This document shows positions 19,083 to 29,881 of a DNA stretch of 64,000 nucleotides, piece by piece. The stretch's first letter is position 1; each line of letters opens with the position of its first letter. Below the pieces are notes generated by a model. It searched no databases, was not told the DNA's origin, and worked only from the letters and a program-made list of their open reading frames with translations. The position numbers and the translations under genes were made by a program. Source of the DNA: Candidatus Bathyarchaeota archaeon (GTDB lineage Archaea > Thermoproteota > Bathyarchaeia > Bathyarchaeales > Bathycorpusculaceae); the NCBI GenBank assembly GCA_963828195.1, contig CAWHDT010000005.1, positions 576,001-640,000 of the forward strand. Direction: 5' to 3'.

Positions 19083-20702
19083 TTGACTGAAAGTTACGAC
19101 GAAAAACCCCTTTTCGAAGCATCAGACGCCAAGCCTCGACGGGGATTGCCGCTTGACAAGTGGCAACTGCTCTTTCTGGTTCTCTTAGCCGTCTGCGGCT
19201 CATTGCTGCTTTATAAATTGTCATACATGAACATTATTTGGGATGAAACGCCTCATTTATACGGCGCAGTGCTCCTGTCTCAGGGGCGGCTTTCAGCCTA
19301 CTTTAAACAAACAATTTATCCACCACTCTTCGATGTGATTACGGCTGGATTCTTCAAAGTTTTTGGTGCCAGCGCTTTTGTGGGAAGAGCAGTGTCCGTC
19401 ATTTTTGCGCTCCTTACACTGGTTGTTTTGTTTAAACTGGCTGCAAAAACGTACGGGCGAAGAGTTGCTTTTCTGTCTTGCCTGTTTATGGCTACGATGC
19501 CTGGGTTTCTTTGGCTCGCCAGAGTATCGCTTTTGGAGATAGCTCTGGAATTCTTTTTTGTCGCCGCACTGTTGCTGTTTGTTTATTGGCTCCACAGCGG
19601 AAAAAACACATTGATTCTTGTTTGCGGCTTAGTGGTGGGTTTGGCGTTTTTGGTGAAGTATCAAGGGTTGGTTGCGGGTTTAGTTATCGTTGCATGCTTG
19701 CCTTTTTTGTTTTATAATAGCGGATTTAAAGCGAAGATTTCAAAGTTTCCACTTTTAATTCTCTCCATAGCCGCAATCGTTGTTCCAGTTCTCTACCTTC
19801 TTTACTATTCGGGAGGTACAGGTCAATGGTTAAGCCTGCTTCAGCAAAACAGCCCCCAAGCAATATCGTACAGCACGCGTTTTCCGCTTCCGATTTTCTA
19901 CCTCATTGAGATGACTTACCCGCTGAATCTGGTGCATCCAATCTCAATTCTTGTTTTTATCCTTGGGTTACATGGGCTTGGCTTGTTTCTCTGGCGCAGA
20001 AAACCAGAAGACAAAATGTTTCTGGTTTGGTTCCTTGTCGTTTACGTTTTTTTCACTTTAATCGCTTCGAAAGATTGGCGTTACGTTATGCCATTATTCC
20101 CGGTAGTGGCTGTTTCCGCCGCCAGTTTCGTCTCTTTCTTATACGACAAAGGTGAAGCAAAATGGAAATCTGCCCATTCAAGTTTAGATGCAAAGCATAT
20201 GGCAAAGGTTTTTGCTGTTTGCCTAATTTTCTTCACCGCCGTCGCCGTCGTTTACAGCACGACAGATGCGTACCACTGGATTGCCAGCGACTCAGTTACG
20301 CTGCCTCTGCCGCAAGCCGTCAACTACGTATCTAATGGATTGACAGGCAACGAAACAGTGATGGTTGTTTGCCCCGTAAACGTAATCTACCAAAATATTG
20401 TCAACTTTTATTTAGTTGCGGATGAAGCAAAAAACAATCAAGCATGCCAGTACCCAATAGCACCTGTAGACTCATACACTCCGACATTTAACGTGGCGGA
20501 ATTGCTTAGTATGTGCCAACAAAATAATACAAAATACTTGCTCCTGTACGAATACAACGATTGGCCCTACTTCAACACCACACTTACAGCGCCAACCGTG
20601 TACAATATGCTTCTTCAAAGCGGCGAATTCACTTACCAAGCAACCTTCGGAACCTCCCCAGGCAGAATCTACGTTTTTGAAGTGAACGCAACTTCCGATT
20701 AG
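19083..20702 (+). CDS. GT-C fold membrane glycosyltransferase (ArnT/PMT, GT39-like)
   Basis: WDE motif, YPPLF, KDWRYVMPLFP, many TM segments. Confidence 0.88.
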   Translation: MTESYDEKPLFEASDAKPRRGLPLDKWQLLFLVLLAVCGSLLLYKLSYMNIIWDETPHLYGAVLLSQGRLSAYFKQTIYPPLFDVITAGFFKVFGASAFVGRAVSVIFALLTLVVLFKLAAKTYGRRVAFLSCLFMATMPGFLWLARVSLLEIALEFFFVAALLLFVYWLHSGKNTLILVCGLVVGLAFLVKYQGLVAGLVIVACLPFLFYNSGFKAKISKFPLLILSIAAIVVPVLYLLYYSGGTGQWLSLLQQNSPQAISYSTRFPLPIFYLIEMTYPLNLVHPISILVFILGLHGLGLFLWRRKPEDKMFLVWFLVVYVFFTLIASKDWRYVMPLFPVVAVSAASFVSFLYDKGEAKWKSAHSSLDAKHMAKVFAVCLIFFTAVAVVYSTTDAYHWIASDSVTLPLPQAVNYVSNGLTGNETVMVVCPVNVIYQNIVNFYLVADEAKNNQACQYPIAPVDSYTPTFNVAELLSMCQQNNTKYLLLYEYNDWPYFNTTLTAPTVYNMLLQSGEFTYQATFGTSPGRIYVFEVNATSD

Positions 20703-20755
20703 CCTAAAAATCCAAAAAAACTGTCAGCTTTAAGCTTGGATGGCGGCGTGTTTTG

Positions 20756-20777
20756 CCCAGTGCCAAGAATCTGCTAG
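20756..20777 (+). repeat. 22-bp direct repeat, second copy of hypE 3' end
   Basis: Identical to 18974-18995. Confidence 0.9.
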
Positions 20778-20793
20778 AACTCCAAAAGCTAGC

Positions 20794-22164
20794 TTACCCG
20801 AATCTGACCCTGATTATTCTAACAGCTTCGTTTAGTGGTTTACCGTTTAGCACTTCCCAAATTAAGCCTGAAAGAACCAGCGCAAACCCCAAGTACTGAA
20901 CGTACGCCGAAACGCTCAACGTGGTAATAGGGGTAGAACTTCTAAATGAGTAGCCTGCGGTGAACCTCTGCACCCAAAACACAAAATAATCCAATTCCGA
21001 ATACAAGCTCACGTTCTGGAAGTCCTCAAAAAAAGCCAAAAGAAACAGGGCAACGCCGACCGCGGCCACCGCAAAAAACAGGAGCGAGGGAGTAAGCTTC
21101 TTTTTTATGGTGCCAAAAAGCGTTTGGAATTTGCTTATGATTGAAGCTGCAAGCAGGCAGATGAATGGCAAAAGTTGATAATTGTATTTTACCGCGCCCG
21201 CGAAAGGCGCTTGATAGTTTAATGCTACACCCATAAATGTGTCAACTCCCGCCACCGCGACTATTGTAGCTAAGCATATCAGGTCCAAGGGAAGAACGTT
21301 TTTGAAAAGCTGCTTTTGCCCCAGGGAGACGGCAAGGGAAAACGCGGTTGCAGCAAGGATGAACCCGCCTAAAGTGATCCACAGGTAGTTTGCGGCGAAG
21401 AAAGCGGAGGGCATGGCGCTGGGCGGATTAAAATGGGTAAAATCATCATGCAAGAACAGGTTAATTACGCTTCCCTGGCAAATGAATTGGTACCACGCAA
21501 AAACGAAAATGAGCAGGGGCACAAAAAACGCGAAAACCAAATAGGGACGCCTTAGGCTTTTCTGCCTGTAGCGGAAGTAAAATATGGCTAAGGGAACAAG
21601 CATGAAGACAGCGTAGAGTTTAGTTGCAAACGCCAAGCTGAAAACGATAGAGGACGCCATGAAGAGCTTAATTGAATCCTGCTTGACGGCGTAAACTCCG
21701 ATTAGCAGAAATAGCAGGCTGAAAAAAAGGCATTGGGCATCAATGAGGAAGGTCCTTGAGAAAACCAGTTGCCAAGGTGTTAAAGCAAAAATTGCTGCAG
21801 CGAACAGCCCTGTTGTTTTGCCATACCATTCTTTACCGATGAGGTAAACTAGCAGTACGCTGCCCAAGCCAAAGAGTGTTATGAATGCCGCTCCGTTGCT
21901 GAAGGATAAGCCGACAAGGCGGAAATACACGGAGTCCAAGTAGAATCCTAATGGGGGCTGGTTGATAAGGTAACCAGTCTGCATGAAAGGCATGCCGGTT
22001 TTTATGACGTTTGTAGCAGCTTGAAATTCAAGGTTTGAATCACTGTTAAAGTAGGGTCCAGCGACAAAGGTGAATAGGCTCGACCCGATAAGGATGCTTA
22101 ACAATGAGAAATTGCGACATAACAGCCTACACAAGCCAGCCACAAGAGCACTATTTTGCTTCAT
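20794..22164 (-). CDS. GT-C fold membrane glycosyltransferase (ArnT/PMT-like)
   Basis: QPPLGFY, FSRTFLID, LAFATK, polytopic. Confidence 0.85.
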   Translation of the reverse strand: MKQNSALVAGLCRLLCRNFSLLSILIGSSLFTFVAGPYFNSDSNLEFQAATNVIKTGMPFMQTGYLINQPPLGFYLDSVYFRLVGLSFSNGAAFITLFGLGSVLLVYLIGKEWYGKTTGLFAAAIFALTPWQLVFSRTFLIDAQCLFFSLLFLLIGVYAVKQDSIKLFMASSIVFSLAFATKLYAVFMLVPLAIFYFRYRQKSLRRPYLVFAFFVPLLIFVFAWYQFICQGSVINLFLHDDFTHFNPPSAMPSAFFAANYLWITLGGFILAATAFSLAVSLGQKQLFKNVLPLDLICLATIVAVAGVDTFMGVALNYQAPFAGAVKYNYQLLPFICLLAASIISKFQTLFGTIKKKLTPSLLFFAVAAVGVALFLLAFFEDFQNVSLYSELDYFVFWVQRFTAGYSFRSSTPITTLSVSAYVQYLGFALVLSGLIWEVLNGKPLNEAVRIIRVRFG

Positions 22165-22246
22165 CCACCACGTATATTATCTGAACACGCTTAAAAACTG
22201 CAAACACCTTGAAAACGCAGCTTAAAAATGCAGGTTACAGCACGTT

Positions 22247-23335
22247 TCATGCTTGAACAACCACGTTTTTTGCCCAGACCCTACATGTGCCTTCGCTGCT
22301 TACCATGCATGCACCAACAGGCTTCTCCGGCGTACAGGCTTTCAGGAACATGGGGCATCCGTCAGGCTTGATTTTTCCGATGATAACAAGGTGGCATTCG
22401 CAGCCAAGCAGAATATCTTTGCCCTGCTCCACATGCACATTGTATTTTAACCTTGCATCGTAATCGGCAAGGGATTCACGCAGCTGCAGCGCTGAGTCTG
22501 GAAGCCTTCCGATGCCACGCCAGTTCCCGCCTGTAACAGTGAAGGCTTTATTCATTATGTCCAGCGCTCGGACGTTGCCCTCGGGCTTGACGACGCGGGG
22601 ATACTCATTTTCAAGTTTAGCTTTGCCTTCGCTTTGCTGCTTCACAATCATGTATATAGACATCAAAACGTCGTTGGGTTCAAACCCAGCAACAACCGTC
22701 GGCATCCGATAAACCCTCGGAAACAACTCATAAGGCTTCAAACCGATGATTGCGCTTACATGCCCCGGAGCAATGAAACCATCAATCTGCAGATCGCCCA
22801 CGCCGAGCAGCAGCTCCATGGCTGGAGGAATCAAACGGTGAGAAACCAGAAAACTAAGGTTATTCGGCGGGTTCCCAAGCGCTTCCACAGCGGTTGAGGG
22901 AGCAGTAGTTTCGAAGCCCACCGCGAAAAAAACAAACTGTTTCTGGAGCTCACGTTTCGCCATTTCAACCGCGTCAGAAACCGCATATACAATTCTAACG
23001 TCAGCACCAGCCGCCTTAGCTTCTAGAAGCGACATTTTGCTTCCTGGCACCCGAAGCACATCGCCGAAACATGTGACCACCACGCCCATTTGCGCCAACT
23101 GGACTGCTTCATCAATTTCAGATGCCGGCACAATGCAAACGGGGCAGCCTGGACCGGCAATAACTTCAACATTCTCAGGCAAAAGACTACGCAAGCCATA
23201 ATGCGTTATCGTCCACTCGTGAGTTCCGCAGACATGGCAGATTTTTGTTTTTCCAGCCTTCGGCGATAGACTTTTGATTTTTGAGGCTATGTTCTGCGCC
23301 AATTCGGGGTTTCTGAACTTCAGGTTCTCAGCCAT
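22247..23335 (-). CDS. hypD: Hydrogenase maturation protein HypD
   Basis: VCGTH, GPGCPVC, GFETT, PGHVS, GACMVSSEGTC. Confidence 0.99.
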   Translation of the reverse strand: MAENLKFRNPELAQNIASKIKSLSPKAGKTKICHVCGTHEWTITHYGLRSLLPENVEVIAGPGCPVCIVPASEIDEAVQLAQMGVVVTCFGDVLRVPGSKMSLLEAKAAGADVRIVYAVSDAVEMAKRELQKQFVFFAVGFETTAPSTAVEALGNPPNNLSFLVSHRLIPPAMELLLGVGDLQIDGFIAPGHVSAIIGLKPYELFPRVYRMPTVVAGFEPNDVLMSIYMIVKQQSEGKAKLENEYPRVVKPEGNVRALDIMNKAFTVTGGNWRGIGRLPDSALQLRESLADYDARLKYNVHVEQGKDILLGCECHLVIIGKIKPDGCPMFLKACTPEKPVGACMVSSEGTCRVWAKNVVVQA

Positions 23336-23356
23336 GCCCATCGCCCGCCTACTGCC

Positions 23357-23581
23357 CTATTCAGGGGTAGCTTCAAGGATGCTGTTCCATAAGCTCAGGG
23401 TTTCTAAGGCTTCTTTTTCTTCAATAACTTGAATAGCGTAGCCTGCGTGAACCAAAACGTATTCGCCTACTTTCGCTTCAACAAGCGAAACGTTAACTTC
23501 TCGAAGTACGCCTTGGCCAAAATCCACGTTAGCTTTGCTGCCGTCAATATTCATTATTTTGGCGGGAATTGCTAAACACAT
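23357..23581 (-). CDS. hypC: Hydrogenase chaperone HypC
   Basis: MCLAIPA, VLVHAGYAI. Confidence 0.99.
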   Translation of the reverse strand: MCLAIPAKIMNIDGSKANVDFGQGVLREVNVSLVEAKVGEYVLVHAGYAIQVIEEKEALETLSLWNSILEATPE

Positions 23582-23630
23582 ACTTAATCAATTAATAGCA
23601 GGCATTAAACGGCGATAAAAAGAAATTGGT

Positions 23631-25913
23631 CTAAAACCGCGAAAACCCACCTACAACCGCCTGACCAAACGAAACGCCTCCGTCCCCAGCTGGAACCGCC
23701 TCATGAACCAGAAACCGCAAACCAGCATCCTCAACAGCATCACGCATGACTTTCGCAAGTACCTGGTTGCAAGCAGCACCGCCTGAAAAACCGATGGCTT
23801 TGACGCCAAGAACCAACGCCTTCTCAGCCGCCAAAGAAGCGAGGCTTTTCGCCAAGTAAGCATGGGCGGAAAACGCTAAATTGGCAAGGGGCATTTTTTG
23901 TTTGTTTTCAAAGATTTCCCTAAGCATGCACGCCGTGTCAACGGTGTCTCCGTGGATGATTGGCTTGAGGTTCAAAGCATCTTTGCCCGCCAATGCTGCT
24001 GACTCCAGCTTCATGGCGGGTTCACCCTCGTAGCTGCGTTCGTAACAGACGCCTAAAACTGCTGAGACAGCATCTAACACTCTGCCGCAACTCGTCGTAT
24101 CAACCACACCCAAACCCTTCGCAAGTTGGTTTAGAATCAGGTTGGCTTCGGTTTCGCCGAAAGACAAATGCATGCTGTTCTGCTTCAGCCACGGCTCAAC
24201 CTTAACTCCTGCTTTAGCGAGCATACCAACGGCTACACGCAGGGGGTAACGGCTAGCGACGTCTCCGCCAAGCAACGGCTGAGGCTCCAGATGCCCAAGC
24301 CGCTTAAACTTCGCCGATTCACGAGTGCAAAACAGGATTTCGCCTCCCCAAGCTCCCCCATCGGTCCCGTAGCCGTATCCGTCGCAAACAACTGTGACAG
24401 CCTCCTCCAAATTGTGTTCAGCCATTAAACCAGCGGCGTGCGCGTGGTGATGCTGCACCTGAATAAGAGGGGAGCCATCCGCTTCCGCCATCTCTTGCGC
24501 CAAAGCTGTTGTGGTGAATTTCGGGTGCAAATCGCAAACCACGATTTCAGAGCGGCAGTTAGTTAATTGATGGAGATGATTTGCTGCTTCTTCTAGAAAG
24601 GCACGTGTTTCCACGTTTTCGACGTCGCCAACGTGCTGACTGATAAACGCTTTGTCGTCAAGCAATACGCAGGCTGTGTTGTTCAGTTCGCCGCCTAACC
24701 CAACGACGCATCGTTTTGACTTCGCTTTAAGCCTGATTGGGGCAGGCGCGTAGCCTCTGCTTCTCCTAAGAAAAACCTGCCTTCGCCCATGAACCCGCAT
24801 GACTGAGTCGTCGCATCGATGGGCGATTTTGCGGTTGTGAAACAGAAAATAATCTACGGTTTCGCCTAAAATTTTGAGGGCTTCGCCGTTGTCTTTTACG
24901 ATGGGCTGATTCGGCGGGTTGGCGCTGGTCATCACAAACGCGCAGTCGTCTACTCGGTCGAAAAGCATGTAGTGCAACCCTGTGTAGGGCAGCATTACCC
25001 CGACGTTATGCAGGTTCGGCGCAACCAGCGGAGAAAGATTGTAATTGGCTTTTTTGTTCAGCAGAACTATCGGGCGTGCAGGGGAAGAAAGAAGGTTTTG
25101 CTCCTTCGAACTTACTTCGGCGAAGCTTTTGGCGGCTTCAAGGTTTCTTGCCATGACTGCGAAGGGTTTTTCGCGTCGATGCTTCGTTGCTCGAAGAGCC
25201 AAAAGAGGCTTCTCTTGCATGGTTGAGGCTGCAATGTGGAAGCCCCCATAGCCCTTTATCGCCAGCACGTTGCCTTCCGAGAGCAGTTTTCCAGCTTCAC
25301 GCACCGGGTCTTCTGCGTTGACTGGTTCGCCTGTTTTGGTTGTTAAATATGCTTTTGGACCGCAGCTTGGGCAAGCTACGGTTTGAGCGTGAAAGCGCCT
25401 GTTCGCTGGGTCATTATATTCTTTTAGGCAGAAGCCGCAGAGGGGGAACTCGCGCATGGTGGTGTTTTCGCGGTCGTACGGCAGCCGCTCGATGATTGTG
25501 AAGCGTGGTCCGCAGTTGGTGCAGGTGATGAAGAAGTATTCGTAACGTGTGTCTTTGGGGTCACGCAGCTCGCCGAGGCATTCGTTGCAGATGGCGATGT
25601 CTGGCGGGATGATTGAGCCTGAAAGCTCGGCTTCTTGGGAGCTTTTGTAAATCGTAAATTTGTCATACTCATTTTTGCCTGAAAGCTCATTTGATTTAAC
25701 CGCGTCGATTTGAGCTAAAGGAGGCTTCTTCTCAGTTAAGTCACCCTTAAAATTCTTGATGCGCTGCGCGTCGCCTTCCAAAAGGATTTCTACGCCAGCG
25801 TCGCCTCTGTTGCGAACGTACCCCGCCAAGCCATTTTGCACCGCTAAACGGTAGACGAATGGGCGGAAACCTACGCCTTGAACGATGCCTGTGACGTTGA
25901 GTTTTACCCGCAA
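23631..25913 (-). CDS. hypF: Carbamoyltransferase HypF
   Basis: GIVQGVGFRPF, CTNCGPR zinc fingers, QHHHAH, DGGVSFGQ. Confidence 0.99.
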   Translation of the reverse strand: MRVKLNVTGIVQGVGFRPFVYRLAVQNGLAGYVRNRGDAGVEILLEGDAQRIKNFKGDLTEKKPPLAQIDAVKSNELSGKNEYDKFTIYKSSQEAELSGSIIPPDIAICNECLGELRDPKDTRYEYFFITCTNCGPRFTIIERLPYDRENTTMREFPLCGFCLKEYNDPANRRFHAQTVACPSCGPKAYLTTKTGEPVNAEDPVREAGKLLSEGNVLAIKGYGGFHIAASTMQEKPLLALRATKHRREKPFAVMARNLEAAKSFAEVSSKEQNLLSSPARPIVLLNKKANYNLSPLVAPNLHNVGVMLPYTGLHYMLFDRVDDCAFVMTSANPPNQPIVKDNGEALKILGETVDYFLFHNRKIAHRCDDSVMRVHGRRQVFLRRSRGYAPAPIRLKAKSKRCVVGLGGELNNTACVLLDDKAFISQHVGDVENVETRAFLEEAANHLHQLTNCRSEIVVCDLHPKFTTTALAQEMAEADGSPLIQVQHHHAHAAGLMAEHNLEEAVTVVCDGYGYGTDGGAWGGEILFCTRESAKFKRLGHLEPQPLLGGDVASRYPLRVAVGMLAKAGVKVEPWLKQNSMHLSFGETEANLILNQLAKGLGVVDTTSCGRVLDAVSAVLGVCYERSYEGEPAMKLESAALAGKDALNLKPIIHGDTVDTACMLREIFENKQKMPLANLAFSAHAYLAKSLASLAAEKALVLGVKAIGFSGGAACNQVLAKVMRDAVEDAGLRFLVHEAVPAGDGGVSFGQAVVGGFSRF

Positions 25914-26479
25914 AGGTGAGCCTTCGCTATTTGAGAAACAGAGTTTTCTCTTATACGTTTCGAAATACAGATGCGATTTGTTTCAAACTTACGCGGCTGC
26001 TGTCTTTGGGGGTTGTTTTTGGCACTAATTTTTCAATTTTAAAAGAACAACAACACCCGAAAAACAAATGTTGTTCTTCTCGGCAAAACATTTCAAAAGA
26101 AGAAGAAGCTGATGAAAACAATTTTTCTTCTTCTTCCGCCTGCCATATTTGTGGCGTTTTTTTGGCACAAATAGTAGGTAGGTCTATAGGCAGGCGGCTT
26201 GGGCAAGGTCACTCATCATCTTGAACAACCTTTTTTCCGCGCATTCCTACAATCTGCCTCATAATTCAGTAAACCATGAGCAAACGGCAAATAATGATGC
26301 GAATCATAAATTGGTCGTTCTTCCATCTTCATATCCAAGCACTCACCAACAGTTATTCTATCGCTCGTGCTAGGAGTTTACTTTCCGATAAGAAGGCTTT
26401 TGTAAAGGTTTATTGACACAAAAAAAATGTACTAAACAAAAGCAAGCGTAGACCTACTTTATTGTCTGCGTCATTACGA

Positions 26480-26869
26480 TTAAAATTGAATCAGCTCAAT
26501 TCCTTTGATGGACTTAAAGTGCTGATCCCGAGAGAGGATAGCTTCGCCCTTTGTTTTAGCAATCGCAGCTATTAGAACGTCAAACTCGCTGATCATTTTT
26601 CCCGATTTTCTTAATTCGCAAAATATCGATGAGGCCTCTTCGCATGCTTCTATAGAGAAATCAAGAACCTGCATATTGAAAATTGCTTTTTTAACATCTT
26701 CCAGATTTTCTTGCGGTTTCGACGAGAGCCGCGCGCCTTTTAGCAATTCGTATGCTGTGATTACAGTGATTAAAACGTGGTCATTATTTGACACTTCAAT
26801 TACCTTGCTCACAGCCTCAGGCGTTCCCTTCAGAAATGGGATCATCACGTTTGTATCGATTATTGTCAA
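26480..26869 (-). CDS. vapC: VapC PIN-domain toxin
   Basis: IIDTNV, TAYELLKG, FDVLIAA, SRDQHF. Confidence 0.95.
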   Translation of the reverse strand: MTIIDTNVMIPFLKGTPEAVSKVIEVSNNDHVLITVITAYELLKGARLSSKPQENLEDVKKAIFNMQVLDFSIEACEEASSIFCELRKSGKMISEFDVLIAAIAKTKGEAILSRDQHFKSIKGIELIQF

Positions 26870-26870
26870 G

Positions 26871-27095
26871 CTAAAAATCGAACTCTCTTGGCTTTACGTT
26901 TTCTCTATCTTTCATTAATTGGGCTAGAACTTCATCGGCATCATCACCATGCCAAGTTCCAGCAAATTCAAGTATCGACTTTTTCTTTTCTTTAGCCGCA
27001 ACACGAATAACGACATCTGAAAATGATTCGCCGGGCTTCTTCATTCCCTTCAGTGTTTCATAAGCTTTTTCTGAGAGAGAAATAACTTTGGTCAT
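26871..27095 (-). CDS. vapB: VapB-family antitoxin
   Basis: MTKVISLSEKAYETLKGMKKPGESFSDVVIR, directly upstream of vapC. Confidence 0.92.
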   Translation of the reverse strand: MTKVISLSEKAYETLKGMKKPGESFSDVVIRVAAKEKKKSILEFAGTWHGDDADEVLAQLMKDRENVKPREFDF

Positions 27096-27381
27096 ACACA
27101 ACTCTATGTGCATATGCATATATATGCATTTTGCGAAGGTAAAGCAGCCCGTGAAATAAGGTCAAGTTTTGAGCATCGGCGGGATTTGGACCCTCAACCA
27201 CCCTAAGTTTGAATCGATGCTTTCCAAAGAAGAGAGTTAGCTTTCGTTTAATCGGTAGGATGCTTGAAAGCTTAATGGGTTGAACGCAAAAGTAAATGCT
27301 TTGTTTCAAATTTTGTCTCTATAGTCTATTTGGCAAGATGTTATAACTAAAACAGGCTTATTCAAAGTAAGGCACAGTTTA

Positions 27382-27939
27382 ATGGAAGACCAGAAACTTA
27401 AAATAAATAACAAAAAGAGTCATTTTGTAAGATATCTGATTATCTCTATAATAGCGTGGATACCAATTGGATTACTCATTCAAATAATGCAGCAATACGA
27501 TCTTGTCATTAATGTCGCTTCCCAATTATATCTGCTATGGATCGCTGCGGGATTTATTTTATTTTCTTCACTTTTCCTTTTGATAGCCAAAAGAATTAAA
27601 CAGCCAAATGTTGGCACGACGTTAATTCTTATGGCAGCCTCTCTTTTATCGTTACCAACGATGTTTTTTATCGGTGTAATGGAACTATTCGGTACTGCCT
27701 ATCTCCTTTACTCTGGCCCGTTTAGTTATAGTCCCATTAGCATAGGACATGCTGATTGGTTAAATGGCGTCGGTCCTCCACAAAATTATATCCTTGTTCA
27801 AATTCCTCAATACGCAGGAAACAATATCTATGAAGTCCCGCAAGCAATCCCTATTCCGTATTTCATAATAATTACGGTACTGACCGCCATTTTCATTATA
27901 TGTATAGCAGTCCTTGCAATAAAGCTGAGAAAAAGTTGA
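27382..27939 (+). CDS. Hypothetical membrane protein (AT-rich gene)
   Basis: 185-aa ORF with about four hydrophobic segments. Confidence 0.7.
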   Translation: MEDQKLKINNKKSHFVRYLIISIIAWIPIGLLIQIMQQYDLVINVASQLYLLWIAAGFILFSSLFLLIAKRIKQPNVGTTLILMAASLLSLPTMFFIGVMELFGTAYLLYSGPFSYSPISIGHADWLNGVGPPQNYILVQIPQYAGNNIYEVPQAIPIPYFIIITVLTAIFIICIAVLAIKLRKS

Positions 27940-28083
27940 TTAGCAATCAAGTCTACTTTTAACTCAACATTATGCGCCCAATTTATCTTAATGATCAGTA
28001 AAAAGCTCTTCTGCTCTCTTTAGGTTCCACTCAAGATTCAGGAAGCTGCAAATACCCAATTTTTTCATTTTGCCAATTTTTCA

Positions 28084-29700
28084 TTAAAGAAGGCGCTTCA
28101 ACACTTTGCCCGCTGAACTAATAGGCAGCTCATTTCTGAATTCTATTTCGCGGATTGCCTTGTAAGACGCCACTTTATTGTTGACAAAAGCCATGATTTC
28201 CTCTGCTGAAGCGGTCATCCCATCTTTGAGCACCACGAAAGCCTTGGGAATTTCGCCTGCCGATAGGTCTGGTTTACCGACGACAGCGCACAGCTTCACA
28301 GCTGGGTGCTCGTAGAGGATGTCTTCGAGTTCGCGTGGGTAGACGCTGTAGCCTTTGTATTTTATGAGGTCTTTTTTGCGGTCAGTGATGTAAAAGTAGC
28401 CGTCTTCATCCATGTGTGCGATGTCGCCTGTGAGAAGCCAGCCGCCCCGCAGAACCCTCGCGGTTTCGTCAGGGTGACCCCAGTAGCCCTTCATGACTTG
28501 TGGTCCTTTAACTGCCAGCTCTCCCGTCTCGCCCCGCCTAAGCGTTTTTTCGCCCGTTTCCAAATCAACTATTCGTGCTTCAGTGTCTGGTAGGGGTAAC
28601 CCGATTGAGCCAACCTTCACGGCTCGCATCGTGCTGTCAACGGGGTTGCAGTGGGTAACAGGCGACGCCTCGGTTAACCCGTAACCTTCGGCTAAAAATC
28701 CGCCTGTGACTTCCATGAATTGTTTTTGGATTTGCGGAGGCAAAGGGGAAGCGCCAGAAATGCATACGCGAATCGATGTTAAGTCGTATTTTCCCAGGTC
28801 TGGGTTAGCTAAGAGCGTCGAGTACATGGTTGGAACACCGCAGAAAACCGTGACCCTGTGCATCTGGATAGTTTCCAATGTTTTGGCTACCTCGAACCTT
28901 GGCATCAGAACCATTTTTGCGGCTAAACTGATGGGTACAGTCATGCTGGTTGTCAAGCCGTAAATGTGAGACAGCGGCAGCGCGGTCAGGAAGGTTTCTT
29001 GGGCTGTTGTGCCTCGTATCCACGCGGCGAAAGCGAGCGCGTTTGAAAACAGGTTGGTGTGGGTTAGCATGGCGCCTTTGGCTGTTCCTGTGGTACCGCC
29101 CGTGTACTGCAACGCCGCCAAGTCCCCGTCTGGGTCCAACTGCACGTTTGGAAGGTTAGATGGGGCTTTTTCCAGTAAAACTTGAAAAGCTAAACACTTT
29201 GGAACGTCTAGGGGACAGGTTTTTTTGTAGCAATACTCATCTAACCCCGTTACTATGACGTTTTTGAGTTTAGTTTTTTCCTTAACTTTTGATATAACTG
29301 GATACAGCAAATCCAGCGACACTATGGTTTGGGCACCAGAATCGTTGAGCTGGTACTCCACTTCGCGCTCCCGATTCAGAGGGTTTATGGGCGTTGCAGC
29401 CGCGCCTGCCTTAAGAATCCCGAAAAAGGCGATTATAAACTGGGGAAGGTTGGGCAAAAAAATTGCAACGCAGTCCCCTTTTTTCACGCCTAACTTATCA
29501 AGAGAAGCGGCAAACCTGTTTGAAAGCAATTCCAACTGGGCATAGGTGATTTCGCGTCCGCCATAGGCTATCGCGGTTTTTTTTGGAAATTCGTTGGCGC
29601 TTTTGCGAAGAATATCTTGGAGAGGAGCCTGCGGGAGCTCTAAGTGTTTGGGCACGTTGATGGGCCAAGAGTTAAACCAAGGCGCATTTTTTTGGGGCAA
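28084..29700 (-). CDS. Long-chain fatty acid-CoA ligase (ANL superfamily)
   Basis: YTGGTTGTAKG, EGYGLTE, TGD, DRKKD, GKVLK. Confidence 0.95.
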   Translation of the reverse strand: MPQKNAPWFNSWPINVPKHLELPQAPLQDILRKSANEFPKKTAIAYGGREITYAQLELLSNRFAASLDKLGVKKGDCVAIFLPNLPQFIIAFFGILKAGAAATPINPLNREREVEYQLNDSGAQTIVSLDLLYPVISKVKEKTKLKNVIVTGLDEYCYKKTCPLDVPKCLAFQVLLEKAPSNLPNVQLDPDGDLAALQYTGGTTGTAKGAMLTHTNLFSNALAFAAWIRGTTAQETFLTALPLSHIYGLTTSMTVPISLAAKMVLMPRFEVAKTLETIQMHRVTVFCGVPTMYSTLLANPDLGKYDLTSIRVCISGASPLPPQIQKQFMEVTGGFLAEGYGLTEASPVTHCNPVDSTMRAVKVGSIGLPLPDTEARIVDLETGEKTLRRGETGELAVKGPQVMKGYWGHPDETARVLRGGWLLTGDIAHMDEDGYFYITDRKKDLIKYKGYSVYPRELEDILYEHPAVKLCAVVGKPDLSAGEIPKAFVVLKDGMTASAEEIMAFVNNKVASYKAIREIEFRNELPISSAGKVLKRLL

Positions 29701-29881
29701 GGCACGTCATGTTACCATGTGGAGGAGCACGTAAAAACCTTATCGTATTGGTCAAGGCAGTTGATGGGGCTTCGTATCTTCTGCGAGCTTTGCCTTGGCG
29801 CGGTTAACTCTCGCTCTCGCATTAGCCGCTTGACAACTGAAACGCTTTCCCGCCTCTGGTGTATATTCGGAGACAGACGCG

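Noticed and set aside
25930-26400. Intergenic AAGAAGAAG/TTCTTCTTC inverted tracts and ORF 25916..26224
   Set aside because: Low-complexity, single occurrence in the window, no recognisable product
27950-27985. dif/Xer-like half site TTATGCGCCC (and TTATGT motifs at 16240 and 55158-55180)
   Set aside because: No convincing second arm at 6-bp spacing
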